DNA of 64,000 nucleotides from Entomortierella parvispora E1425 (taxonomy: Eukaryota; Fungi; Mortierellomycota). The stretch spans positions 1,116,001 through 1,180,000 of the forward strand of contig BQFW01000009.1 of assembly GCA_020891255.1 (NCBI GenBank), given 5' to 3'. This document shows positions 16,914 to 29,151 of this stretch, piece by piece. Position 1 is the first letter of the stretch, and each line of letters opens with the position of its first letter. The position numbers and the translations under genes are program-made. The notes beneath the pieces are model-generated. The model worked only from the letters and a program-made list of their open reading frames with translations, did not search any database and was not told the origin of the DNA.

Positions 16914-19900
16914 ATGGACCTCGACTGGGACTCCTCCATCACCACTCCCACTCCCTTGTTGTCCTCTCTCTCCTTGCCCCTGTCGTCCTCACCCGCCCGC
17001 ACCTTGTCCTCCAACCCAGCCGAGATGGACCTCAGTCAACCAGACCCCATGGACATTGACCGCTCCGCCACTGCCACCCCCACCTCCCATAGCCACCAGT
17101 TCCTCAAGAAGGGCCCAGGCAGCGACAGCAGCTGCAGCATCAGCAGCCTGACCAGCACGCTTATCTCGACACTCGACGTCGGCTCACAGCACTCAGAGGA
17201 CAATGACCCTCCCCTCCTCCCCATGACCCTTGCCATGTCGCCTTCTGGCAGCAGTAGTCGGCGGAGCAGCTCCACCCCCTTGCACCAACAACAACAACAA
17301 CTGCAGCAGCCAGGAGACGGCACGCAGGAGGGCGAGGAGGTGCAAGTCCTCCTGGGCAGGTCTGTCCCCATCCCTTCCGAGGTCGTCCTACATATCTTTC
17401 GCTTCTTGAGCGCACCCCAGGACGTGCGCGCAGCTGTCCTGGTCTGCAAACAGTGGTGCCTCTGCGGTATGGAACTGCTCTGGTCAAGACCAGCCATGGC
17501 CAACATGTCCGTGGTCGAGCGGATATGTAAGACCCTGACGCTTGGTGGCGCCAAAGACGAAGACACCGATGAACCACAGGAACCACAGGAACCACAGGAA
17601 CCACACGAGCCACGGGAAAAGCCGCTGGAATCTGAGCTGGAGCTGGAGCTGGACATGACAACGACGACGACGATGACTACTACAACTACAACTACAACTA
17701 CAACTACAACTACAACTACAACGATGGCAACCACCACCGTGTTCCCATACCAGGACTATGTTCGTCGATTGAACTTTTCTTTCCTGGGCCCAGACTTGAC
17801 GGATGCGTCACTGGTCCGGTTTACGGGCTGCTTGAGGCTGGAAAGACTGCTGCTCCCTGGATGCACCGGCACCACAGAGGAAGGACTGAAGGCGATTCTC
17901 AGCGTGAGCCACAACCTCTATTCGCTGGATCTTTCCGGTGTTCCTGCGGTCACGGACTCTGTTCTTCAGCATATCGCAGTTCATTGCCCCAGGCTGCATA
18001 CCCTGTACCTGGCAGGGTGCACTACACTGACGGATGCATCCCTGGTCAAGCTGGCAACCAGTTGTACGAGTTTGAAACGGGTATGTACTGTACTTTTGTT
18101 TTATGTTTGATGTGCGCATGATGATATTATACCCGCTACATCACCATTGAGTGGTCGTACATTGCGGTACCTTGGACAAAGCACATTATTTAGCCCAAAC
18201 GGCGGGAAGGGAAAGAGAGAGCAGAGAGCAGGACAAGCACATGGATTGGATGGATGGATTGGAAAGATGGAGATGCATCACAGTGCAGCAAAGAAAACAG
18301 ACAACGACACAACGGGACCAATGGGCAATGCTCTCAATGCGTAGTTGCATATGACACCAGGGACATACACTCACGCGCTGGTTCGTTTTCTTCCCTTCTT
18401 CTTTAAATTGCAAAAACCCCACCACGGAAATAGATCAAGCTCAACCGATGCGCTCTCCTGACCGATGTCTCCATCCTGGCCCTTACTCAAAACTGCCGTC
18501 ATCTTATGGAAATCGATGTTACCAGCTGCAACCTCTTGACCAACAATGCCATCCAGTCCGTCTTCCGATCGCTGCAGCAGATCAGGGATCTCAACCTCAC
18601 TCTAGTCAACCTGGTCACGGATTTGGCCTTTACAGACTCGATCCCCGCCTCGACTTCCTCTTCTGCCCTGGCTACACACTCATCGCCCCTCTCAATGTCT
18701 CTGTCTTCTTCCGCCTCAACCTTAATGCCCTTCATGCCCAAACGATTCGAGCAGCTCCGAGTCTTGAACCTGACATCATGTGTTCTCATTACGGATGAGA
18801 CTCTGGCAAGGATCCTCCCAGCGGCACCCAGACTCCGGAATCTCACCTTGACCAAATGTGACAGGATCACGGACCAGAGTGCAAACTCGATCAAAGTGCT
18901 GGGCAAGCATTTGCACTATCTGCACCTAGGGCATTGCTCCAAGCTGACAGACAAGGCGATTGCGACCTTGTCACAGCACTGCACCCGAATTCGATACCTG
19001 GACTTGGCTTGTTGCTCAAAACTGACGGACGCTGCAGTGTTTGCGATGGCCCAACTGCCAAAGTTGCGTCGAATTGGGTTGGTCAAGTGCTCCAACATCA
19101 CAGACCATGGTATCTATGCCATGTTGATCTCCCAGGTCGTTCCTCAGACACTTGAGCGCGTCCATCTGTCATATTGTGTCCATCTTTCCGATACCGCAGT
19201 CTCGACTTTGGTCCAACAGTGCACAAAGTTGACACATCTTTCAGTCACGGGTGTCCCGGCCTTCATGTCACCACGATACCAGAAGTTTTGTCGACTGGCT
19301 CCCTCAGAATTCACTGCCCACCAAAGAGAAGTCTTTTGTGTGTTTTCAGGCAAGGGCGTTCGGGAACTTCGACAATTCATGAAGGAGAATCCAGCCATGT
19401 CTTCCTCGACATTGTCCAACATTCAGAGATGTTATCGAATCATGGGCTCGACTGTGGCCTCGATGGTGGCGGGTGGTGAACATTCCTCCACGATTCTGTC
19501 CAACCTGGGATTCGAGCTTCAGGGATCAGGGGCAGCATCCACTATCTCTACCGCGATGCAGCCGACTGTGGACAATAACGCAACAGTCGAAAGCACCCAC
19601 TCGAATCCACTGCATTTGGGAGAGACCCTATCAATGGATGAGTCAACGAGCAACCATGGACTGGATCCAGATGAGCAGGAGCATCAATCAGCAATGCTAC
19701 ATCAGCAACAGCTGAACTACACTGGAGGATCTCTGAGCAGCTTTATTTTGGACGACACTCAACTCTTGCAGTGGCAACAACAATTACTTTCAGGCCATGC
19801 GTTTTCACCCTGTATTCATCCTCATCCAATGCTGGAAGGATTTGGATCCTCTGCTGCAGGAAGCAGCAGTGGTGGAAGTGGTCATGCAAGCCCAGCCATC

Positions 19901-20218
19901 AACGATGGACAGGATGACGAGATTTTAGATACAGCTGCCATTGCTTCTGATTCTATTGCGACTTCTTCTGCATCTGCATCTGAAAATACAGTTGATGCTG
20001 AAGGCAACAACGACATGGATGCAGACGATGAGGATGTCTTTGGAGAAGAGGACGAAGGCGAGGATGATGGGGAGGAAGACCTCGACCTTGCTACTCGTCC
20101 GAGTGGTCGCAGCCACCGCCGCCCCCACTCTCGACAGGATCGACGATCGACGCCAGAGCAACAGGGATCGTCGTCTTTGTCTATCTCTTCGTCCAGGAAT
20201 ACGCGACGAAGGATTTAA
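16914..20218 (+). CDS. GRR1: SCF F-box/LRR protein, Grr1-like
   Basis: F-box IPSEVVLHIFRFL...AVLVCKQWCLCGMELLWSRP, then YVRRLNFSFLG and LRRs (RLERLLLPGC, LRNLTLTKC, LHYLHLGHCSKLTD, IRYLDLACCSKLTD, LRRIGLVKCSNITD, LERVHLSYC), and FTAHQREVFCVFSGKGV. One intron at 18081-18433. Confidence 0.9.
17679..17720 (+). repeat. Coding (ACTACA)7 repeat encoding poly-Thr
   Basis: Seven perfect hexamer units between the F-box and the LRRs, preceded by (GAACCACAG)3 encoding EPQ repeats. Confidence 0.95.
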
Positions 20219-20415
20219 GAGGAGAACGGAGAAAAGGAAGGGAAAACTGCAATTCTATTCTTCTTAGACGATCCTTTTGAACAATATACCTTGGCCACAG
20301 GCCAGAAAACATCTCTTCCTTAAACCCTTAATAAATTTGACCGCGTCCAAAAACTCGAGCTGGGCTGGCGCGCACACCAAATGTTCCTTCGTTGACATCC
20401 AGACCCGTCCCCCTA

Positions 20416-21855
20416 ATGTCCGTCTCGCACATCAAAAGGAATGGAGCCCCTGTCACTCGTAATGAGTACTCCATTTTGATCAATATCCATCATCACCTCT
20501 CTGGCAATGGACCACTCCATCACAATCGTAAAAAGCTGACCGCGCGCCAGCGACTGGCGCTTGTCGCTGGCGTTGGATGTTCCGTGGCTCAAAAAGCCAT
20601 TCATCTCGCCATCAACAAAGAAGAGCCAACATCCATGATCATTGGACGCCCCAAACTGGTCATTAGCGAGAGTTTGAGCGTAGCCATTCGGACATTTATC
20701 CTTGAGAACAATCGCGCCGGGATCCCCGTCACCAAGTCTCTTATTCTCGAGGAATTACAAAAAAACCAAAAACTCTCCATCCCAGGCCGCACCCTGTCAC
20801 GCTACCTCTTTCATCTCGGACTCGTTTATGGGAAGAATAAGCACCAACGCAACATTTATCAAGACAAGCCGGCCAATGCTGAGCACCGTCATTTTTATCT
20901 TGAGCAGCGGTTGGAAAACCTCAATGCCAAGGGGCATCCGATCCTCCCAGAAGTCTTTTTGGACGAGACGCATTGTTATTTAGACCCACAGACAATGAGA
21001 TCCATTGAAGGAGCGGCAGTCGACGAGACTGGTCGCAAGCCCATGGTCCTCCTCTTTGGCGCGTTTGTCGTCTATCACAATGGATTCAAGATGAAGGGCG
21101 AAATTGTCAAGAAGAGCATCTTGATCTGGCCAGTGGGCGGACAGGCACACGGACAGGATTTTGAGGATGAAAACTGGAGTTCAGTCCCTGCTTTCGTTCA
21201 AGGAAGTGGCGTGGCCCCAGATTCGCATGATTACCAGGGCCCCTTCACTTCGAACCTGTTTGAACGCATCTTTAAAGAAATCTGCAAGACCCTTTCGGAC
21301 GAATACGGTCCTTGCCACATCCACATGGACAGCGCCAAATACCATTTTGGCAGGAAGAACCCACTGCCTCGCCAAAGCGCCCCGCTGGATCAACTGGTTC
21401 AATGGTTCAAAGACAATGGACACCCGCTGCCAACGCGTTCGGATGGCAGAGCGATGACGCGTTTGGGACTTTTGGATTGGATCGATCATATGAACATTGC
21501 ACCTGTGTATGCCTCTTATGATATTGCCAACAAGCACGGTCACACCATCATGAGGACTCCTCCGCATCATTGTGAATTGCAACCTATCGAGAATCTTTGG
21601 GGGTTGGTCAAGAACCCAATTGCTTTGGATCCAAACTTGAACGAGACATGCCTTTCGCTCAGGAATCGACTGCTTGAGGGATTTGCAAAAGTCAAGAGTG
21701 AGCAGTTGGTCTCCTTTTGGGAGAAAACTGTCAAGATTGGCAAGGACTACTGGGAACAATATGAAGAGGACCTTGAGATGAGCCAGGAGACGGATGATGA
21801 GGTCAGCGACCGAGGCGAGGACGAGGATATGTTTTGCTCGGACGACGATGACTAG
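20416..21855 (+). mobile_element. IS630-Tc1-mariner superfamily transposase-like ORF (DD86E), intact, no TIRs seen
   Basis: Intronless ORF of about 479 aa from ATG 20416. Predicted HTH plus GRPK motif, a second HTH-like segment (RTLSRYLFHLG), and catalytic D (VFLDE, 20962), D (HMDSAKYH, 21328) and E (PPHHCELQPIENLW, 21589). Acidic tail. Confidence 0.8.
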
Positions 21856-22079
21856 GAAATGTGGACATTTGAAGAACCTTGCCAAGCTGAAAAGTAAACT
21901 CGTTTGTCCAATACACTGCCTTTGTCCTCTTTCCGATATCCTTAATGACTGCAAAATCCATCGAACTTTGCTCATTGACAAAAAGATCCTCAGACGGCTG
22001 CTGGGAGGGAGTTTCATGATAAATAAGTGTCATCAAGTAGCACCAATTGCCTCCTTCCTAGTGTCGAGTTGCAAAGGTC

Positions 22080-22738
22080 CTCACTCTGTTGGCGATCAGT
22101 TCGCGCCCATCCTATAGTCTTGCTCTCGGTGCCAATGGTACTCGAGAAACGAGACTCTGTTGCAGTGTACAAAAGACGTGCGAAGGGGAGAGTCAAATCA
22201 GGGCAGGAGTGTCTGATTACAGGAGTATTGGTATTCACCGCATATCAGATGAAACAAGGCACGCAGAACAGTTTTGGCCTGTCAGTGGGTCGGATGGATT
22301 CTCAAGAAAATGAAGACCCGTAGCTTTGACCGTGGAAGAAGAAGAGCTTTGTCTGCCCCAACCCATGGCTGTCCGCGATGTCTAAAATTTCTACAAGATC
22401 AGACTTCTCGATCATCACAGCCTAGACATTCTTGGAGAGTCTTTGCCAGCAGGTCGTGAATGGTGGACATGAACTGGCACCGCTTTTGCAAGAATGTATG
22501 GGGTATGTACTTGCGTTTACTGCTACTGCCTTTGTTGTTTGATGTTGCTCCTTACACGATTTTGTTTTATTCGTTGTCTCTAGGACACTCTAAGAGCATC
22601 ACATCATTGACAGGTACGCTGACTTTTACTCCTCAAGGACAGGATGCCCTGCGCAAAAAGGCTGGCAGCCAAGCGTACCTGGAGACTATCAGTGCATCCA
22701 AGCTTTCTTCAAGGAAGCGCGTTCCTTTTATCCTATAA
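22080..22738 (+). pseudogene. Possible degraded spliced-gene relic
   Basis: Protein-like stretches broken by stops, and an intron-like segment 22503-22583 (GTATGT...CTAG) joining in frame (…LAPLLQECMG|HSKSITS…). No recognisable family. Confidence 0.25.
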
Positions 22739-23041
22739 GGGAAGGGTCATGGTAATTTGGATGCTACTACTACACTGTCGTCATCCTGTATTGGTCCCTC
22801 GCCACCACATTCCTCCACCGTATCACGGTCGCCATCCTCCTCTAACTCGTGAGCCACTTTCCCCTTCAGATGCCAGATAAAAGCTTTGATGGAAGGGACT
22901 TTCATTCAAAAATGAATATAAAATTTTTAAAAATAAAAAAAAATACGCGAAAATGTGAAGACGTGATGGAGTAAACTTGAGTAACCCCTATGTTTATTCA
23001 CAAGTGCACTCTTACCACCATCAGAATGATCTCCATACCTC

Positions 23042-26000
23042 CTACACCTGTAACGTTCCCAAGTAGATTGTGCTCAAGAACAGCCACAGGAAAAACAACT
23101 GCAGAGCTTTGAATCCCATGCTCTGGACCCATGCCTCATCTTGACGGATCATTGTCTTCCACTCTGAAAGTCCCTGGCTCTCTAGGATAAAGTCCATCTG
23201 CATGACCGTGAACGCTCTCATTCTGGCTAATCCTTCAAGGGTACTGTCAATGGCCAGACGCGAGACTCGGAATCGGGCTAGGATCTCGTCATATTCCCCG
23301 ATATAGGACAATGAATGGTACGGGTTCTGGTACATTTGCGCCATTTGCCCAGGATCAGCGGCAGTGCCACCACCACCGCCTAGAGCGACTGCCCCTCCTG
23401 GTAGTCCTGTCCCGTTTCCACCCCATTGAGAATATCGAGATGACATGATCATTCCTGGATTATGGTATACATGGTGAAGAGGAAGAGGTTGCTGAGATCG
23501 ACGTTGTTGACTAGGTGTCGCCGTTCGGAAACCACCAGGGGTATTCCCATTAGTTGAAGACGAGGATGAGGATGATGAGGAAAAGGGACCGCCATTTTCA
23601 AACGAGACTCCAGGACCTGCTGCACATGTCCAAAGAGCACAATCCCCATACTCGATCCACTCCTCTGTGGTGGTCTCTCCCAGCCAGGCGCTGACGTTAA
23701 GAGATGAGGGCCGCCTTTCACTGAAAATATTAGATGCCCTCTCCGCCGATTCGGACAAAGAAGCGAAAAGAGGTACTGTAGTACTGCGCTGCCGTTGCTG
23801 CATGGATGGTTGCGGAGATCGGGGAGAGGATGTGGGTCGACTTGGGTCGGAATAAAACGTTCTTCCTGATCGTCCAAATTGAAAGCCCCAATCTGGTTCT
23901 TGCGGAGCAAAAGTTCTACTAGAGATTCCTCTGTCACCTTGAAGACGATGGCGACGACGACCTGCGCTGAACCCCAGTCCCTGAAGTTGCTGTTGCTGTC
24001 TCTGTAGTTGTTCTGGATCATCAAAATAAAGTCCCTCGAGTTGAGTGCAAAACGGCGTGATCACCTCTGTGAGAAAGTCCTCGCTGAAATGCTGGGTCTC
24101 CAGAACCAAGAAGCGTAAAGTTTTGCAAGTGCCTTTGAGAATCTCACTGACGCCCACTTTAGTCAACTTGACGGTCCCAAGCTCCAGTCTCTCCAAGGGC
24201 GCCACGATGGCCTTTCGGTCCATTTTCTTTTTGGGTGTAGCATTCGTGTCCTGTGCGCCTTCTTGGATTTGGGTACTTGAGGGTGGCAAATAGGCACTAG
24301 TGCTGAGGTTGTTGTTTTGGGAAACAGTTGAGACTCCCTCAAGCTCAATACCAAGGCCCTCCAATAGCTCACGGTCCTGTGCCAAAGATCGATGAACAGC
24401 CAAAACCCGGAGTCGTGGGCATTTGGTCAAAAGATTCGCCAGTGCCATACCTCCGACATCGACACAGCTCGTCACTGTAAATACCTCCAGCGAATGGCCT
24501 GTCGCAGCAATCAGCTTTTCAATTGCACTGTTCGTGACTGACCCTGGTCCTAAAAACACCTGCGACAAGCGACTAGTCGGAATTTGGGTCAGTGGGGATG
24601 CATCCAAATATCTAGAAAACGGTGATGACGGTGATGACTCTGCTCTGGATCGAGAGGCCTTAGCTTCCGAACTGGCTCTCAGTCCGTTGATCAAGGCGCA
24701 GAGTAACCGGTTGTCCACAAAACCTCCTTGGAGACGTACATAGCGCAATTTGGAAAAGCCAGTTCCAAAGAGTCGATTTAACTCTTCTGGATTCTCAAGT
24801 CCTGCATCCTGCATCTTTTCGTTGGCGTGCAGGTCCAAAGCGTGAATCTGGTCAGGACAGCGAGCACGAAGGCACTCCAAAACCTTTACAAGCGACTGGG
24901 GTGATGCCTGCGGGTGAGCAAAATTCAAAACCACGCGCCGCACATGCCGTCGGTATGGCCACTTGGCTTGATGGGGTCGCGGCCATGGTGATAGACTCTG
25001 TAACTGGGATCGACTAGTCGATCGTATGGTCGTTTTGGAGAATGGAGAGCCTTTTCGGACTCCGTCTGTCGACCCTGTATGACTGCTCGGATCGTTGTCG
25101 TAGGAGGAGGAGGAGAAGGATGAAGAAAGCCTCTCCGTGTTTGAATCAAGGCCTCCTTGAAATCTCGAAAATCGTTTCAAAGATCCGTTCAAGGAATCGA
25201 TCCAGCGCCCCCTGTTGCTGGTGCTGCTGTTGTTGCTGATGAGTCCCTGGTCATCAGGCACGAGAGTAGTCTGTCTCGGGTTGTCGCCGGATAGATTGTT
25301 TCTCTGGATCGAAAAAGGAGGCATACTCCCTGAGCTGTATATAGAATCTACTGCAGCTGCTGCACTCATGCCGCTGTGGCTCCTTAAAGTGTCCAGTACG
25401 TCCACCACCGTCCTCTCCGTCTTTGTCCTGGTCTCCATTGAATGAGAGGTGAGTGGTCGGAACCCTTTTTCGTCGTCGTCTTCCTCCGTCAACTCCTGAA
25501 GGCTATTGAAACCAACGGCAGAGGGTGGCCGAGGTCGGCTCTTTCCCAAAGAGACTGCCGGGTTGCTGTCGGATAGGCCATCGTCCTTGTAGAGCGTCGT
25601 CAAGAGAGATTGCATCTGATAGGCATCGTGTCCGTGGAAGACCAGATTCCGCCACAGGGACTGGGCAGCCGCATCCGCAAACTGCCGACTCACCAATAGA
25701 AACTGAAAGGGAGCCGCCAAGTGAATGCTATCATCAAAATCATCCCGGTTTTCCTCCGAGGTGTTGCCGTCATCTTCTTGGTCGGATGTTACAGACTCGT
25801 CAAGACTATCCGCATCGCCAGAATAGTATCCAGGCGGTAATATTAACCCTGGAGTGCCGGGGGGTGCCGTACATGGGTGCGTGACCATACTCCTGGTCCT
25901 GCGTCTGTTCAGTCCACTCTGCTGACCTAGATTGGATCCTGTGCTTTGCGCTGCATCCAGGTTCGAAGGTACTGCTTCTAGAGGTTAATAAATCAAGGTT

Positions 26001-26961
26001 GCTATAAGTAATCGTGAGATTGTCAACAGTATTACTAGTATTACTGTGGTTTTGTGTACTCACCCGTTTCAGACTGGCCTCCGTTCAGTGGCTGGATCAA
26101 CCGGTCGAGAGCGCCCCATCTTGGATATTGCAGCAACTTTATCAAAGAGGACGACATGGAGGTAATATGAGCGAGTCCAACCGCCGGAATACAAGGCCGG
26201 ATGGACGTTGGCCACAAGGAACGGCTGCTCTGTCCATGAAACTGCGGATGATGTGGTTGACGCCCGAGTCGATCCGAGATGGGAGCCAAGAGCCGCCAAA
26301 GAAGCGGTAGTCTGATCGAGCCATCCTGGAACCGATGTCGTTGCTGCTGTTGCAGATGCTGGCACCAAAGTCTGTTACCATTTCTTGGACATGGTCTCGT
26401 TCCTGCGCAGTTGGCTGAGGATAAGGTTGGCGAGGATGATCTGTTCATATGGTGTTGTCGGGATGCTGTAATCCTAGTAAAGTCGGTGTTGGTACTGGAC
26501 CGGATTCCCCCATTGCCATTCATAACACCAGCTCCAAAGTCAGGGAGACGCTTCCTTCTCTTTCTTAAACCTGCATGGTCTCGACTGCTTGGTCCATGGT
26601 CTTTGTTGTTCCCTGAGTATGCGCCAGGGCGACTGTTTATCGGAGAGTTCTTGTTGCTATTCATGTTGGCCGTGTTGGTCTGTTGTGTTGTTCCCGGGCC
26701 ATTCATGGTAGCCGCCCGACGTCTATGAGGGTTCCAGCCAAGGTTGTCCTGGAGGTGTATAGCAGGGCCATGGCAAAGAGTGCAATGATAACAATCGTGG
26801 CAGAACTGATCTTCCAGGGTCACAAGAGGACAGGACCAGAGCAAGAAGTCAAGGTCCTGGCAGCAGTATTCGAGAATGAGACAAAGAATCTCATCGGGAA
26901 GATCAAGAAGATGTCGCGGCCGATGAGAGATGGACCGACGCAGCTTGTGAATGAGATGCAT
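23042..26961 (-). CDS. Large F-box/RNI-like LRR protein with C-terminal transmembrane anchor (about 1280 aa)
   Basis: ATG 26961 with an in-frame stop just upstream after a 5'-UTR intron. F-box LLDLPDEILCLILEYC. Phase-1 intron 26063-25978 joins ORF 26041-27060 to the 948-aa ORF. FLLVSRQFADAAAQSLWRNL, LRR-like units (LRYVRLQG, LEVFTVTSC, LRVLAVH, LERLELG, LRFLVLE) and C-terminal LQLFFLWLFLSTIYLGTLQV*. Confidence 0.75.
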
Positions 26962-28371
26962 GAAGGGCAATCTGCTTGGCGACAAGGCCAAGGGACGCAA
27001 AGAGAATAAAAATAATATATTAAAAAAAAGTGTGCATGCTGCATACAAGCTTGCATGCATGCATGCATAGACGGAGGCATGGCATACTTACAGTCAACAA
27101 TCGTTGTGGGGCAGATGGATGAAGTGAGAAAGGTCCTCAGCACATGGGCGCAGGATGGAGAACGAAAGAACGAAAAGAAAAAGGCGAGATGAGGACGAGA
27201 GACTGCCACGTTGCAATGGGGGTGGGGGAAGGATGTAAAGAATGAGAGACGACAGATGAGAGAGCTGACGAGATGAGGGCTTGGGAAGCAGGGAGAGCGC
27301 AAGAGGAGAAGGAGAAGAGAGGGAGGTCAAAGGAGAACGATAGAAACGAAGGTGAGAAGAGAAGAAAAGACAACCCCCCTTCCCCTTTTCAATATTCCTC
27401 ATCCTCCGTGCTATTCTTGACCTTCGTTGCCAAGGTCAATTGACGACGCGACGATCCTCCGCTTTATTCACGATTTGTAAATGCACAAGAACAAACAGGC
27501 CGTTTTCTTTTTCTTTTTCTTTTTCTTTTTCTTTTTTTTTCGCTCTGCTTTACCTTGGTGCTGAGTGCGAGAGAGCTCAAGGCGATGGGGTGCATGGGGT
27601 GCTTGCTATCAGTCAGGGGTGATGCTGGGTGCAACTAGAGAAGAAAGAGGGGTGGACTGGGCTCTTCCCGGAACGAAGAACCAGAGGGGCAGTTCCCTCA
27701 GCTCCATCAAATAAGGATCGCAATCCCGCCTGTGCTTCCATGATCGTCGCAAAGGGGTTAAGGGAGCATGGTCCGTCCACAGCGGCGACGGCTGTTGTTG
27801 TCATTGTTGTTGTTGTCGAGGCCACGGCATGGCAACTGTTTGCGTCCATCGACCCAAAATAGCATGTGGTCCATGGGCACGATGGGACGTCCTAGAACAG
27901 CACGGACCATGTTTGCTCATCCCGTGTGGCCTGCCCAGCAAGCAAAGTGACGAACTCCATCCAAAAGGGCGTTTCATCTTTTTCCAGAGAAGGCCTTGGC
28001 TCTCTCTCCCCTTGCATAGTTTCGTCCTCACTTTTCCCCAGTCATCTCGTAGCGTCGCGTGCACATACTCCTTTGCCGCTTTTGTCAAGCCTGTTTACCG
28101 TCAGCAACTGAATCAATCTCGCCGAGACGTGAGGAGTGCTTAGGAAAGAATGTCCTATATTAATCATGGTCAGTAGTTACATCGTATATCTCTTTTGGAG
28201 CAATTATTCCAGGGGCTCTTGTTTGGAACCTCTGTTTCCTCGATGAGTTGGCAAGCAGTGAAGAGTGAGTTTTTGCAAAAGAAAAAAAGAAGGCCCCAAC
28301 GCGTCTCCTACCGTCAGTGAACCTAGTTGAAAACATGAGAACGATCTGGTTCTCAGCAAAAGAGAATCAAA

Positions 28372-28443
28372 TGCCCACAGCAGGGATCGAACCTGCTACC
28401 TTCTGCTTACTAGGCAGACGCTCTACCAATGAGCTATGCGGGC
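28372..28443 (-). tRNA. tRNA-Thr (anticodon AGU), intronless
   Basis: Reverse complement folds as a 72-nt cloverleaf: acceptor GCCCGCA/TGTGGGC, D-arm GCTC/GAGC, anticodon stem TCTGC/GCAGA with loop CT-AGT-AA, T-arm GCAGG-TTCGATC-CCTGC. T-runs follow downstream. Confidence 0.97.
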
Positions 28444-29093
28444 TTATTTTGTTGTTTTTAAAAACAATTTCAATTCCTGTTCAATCTGAAATTTGATGTA
28501 TTAAGGGTATATTTTGACCCAGAGGCGCGGTACCAAATGGTGCCTCGCGCTACCAACGACTTCGCCTCACTTTCCTTCACGTTGCCACCTTCCACCCCCT
28601 CGTTCTTTCCTCCTTATAGGTGCGTCTCTATTTCAGGTGAGCCCTTCGCAGGTAGGTTCAATATTGGTTAAAGAACCATTCGGAGTGATTGACTGAATTG
28701 ACTGCGGCGTAAGCCATGTCGCGCATTTGCTGTCAACATGACTCCTTACCTTGATTGCCTCTTTATCGTTGTCATTCTGATAGTGAAGATTTGAAGTGGT
28801 ATCTTCCGTCTGTCCGTCTGTTTCGCACCACCAGTGACCCCTTCTTCTAAGATGTGCACACCTGCCCAAAGCCATATTTCATTACAATGCAAAAATGATA
28901 TGGACCATCCTTCTCCTGTTTGCATTGGTGTTTCTCGTCGTCGCCTGTGCGTTTCTACCTCAGACGACGAGAGCACGGCAGGGATGCAAAAGTTTGGGTC
29001 CAAAAGTGACCGCACTTCTAGTGACGTCCGACCTCCCCTTCTAGAGCGACGTTCGTTGAGTTGTCTTTTGACCTCGCAAGCGGAATGAGCGTT

Positions 29094-29151
29094 GACAGGG
29101 GCTTTGCCTCTGCCCGATTCTAGACAGGGGCTTTGCCTCTGCCCGATTCTA
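29094..29151. repeat. Perfect 29-bp tandem duplication
   Basis: GACAGGGGCTTTGCCTCTGCCCGATTCTA occurs at 29094-29122 and 29123-29151. Confidence 0.95.

Noticed and set aside
16180-17151. Several 145-225 aa ORFs on both strands
   Set aside because: They derive from CT/GA-rich leaders and microsatellites (CVCVCV, HTHTHT, FLFL). They are low complexity with no domain.
18117-18200. ATGATGA C-box-like motif in the Grr1 intron
   Set aside because: No downstream CTGA D box at a suitable distance.
20219-22100. Terminal inverted repeats for the transposase (e.g. CAAATGTTCC vs GGACATTTG)
   Set aside because: Matches are 9 bp or less, imperfect and lack a TA target duplication, which is expected by chance.
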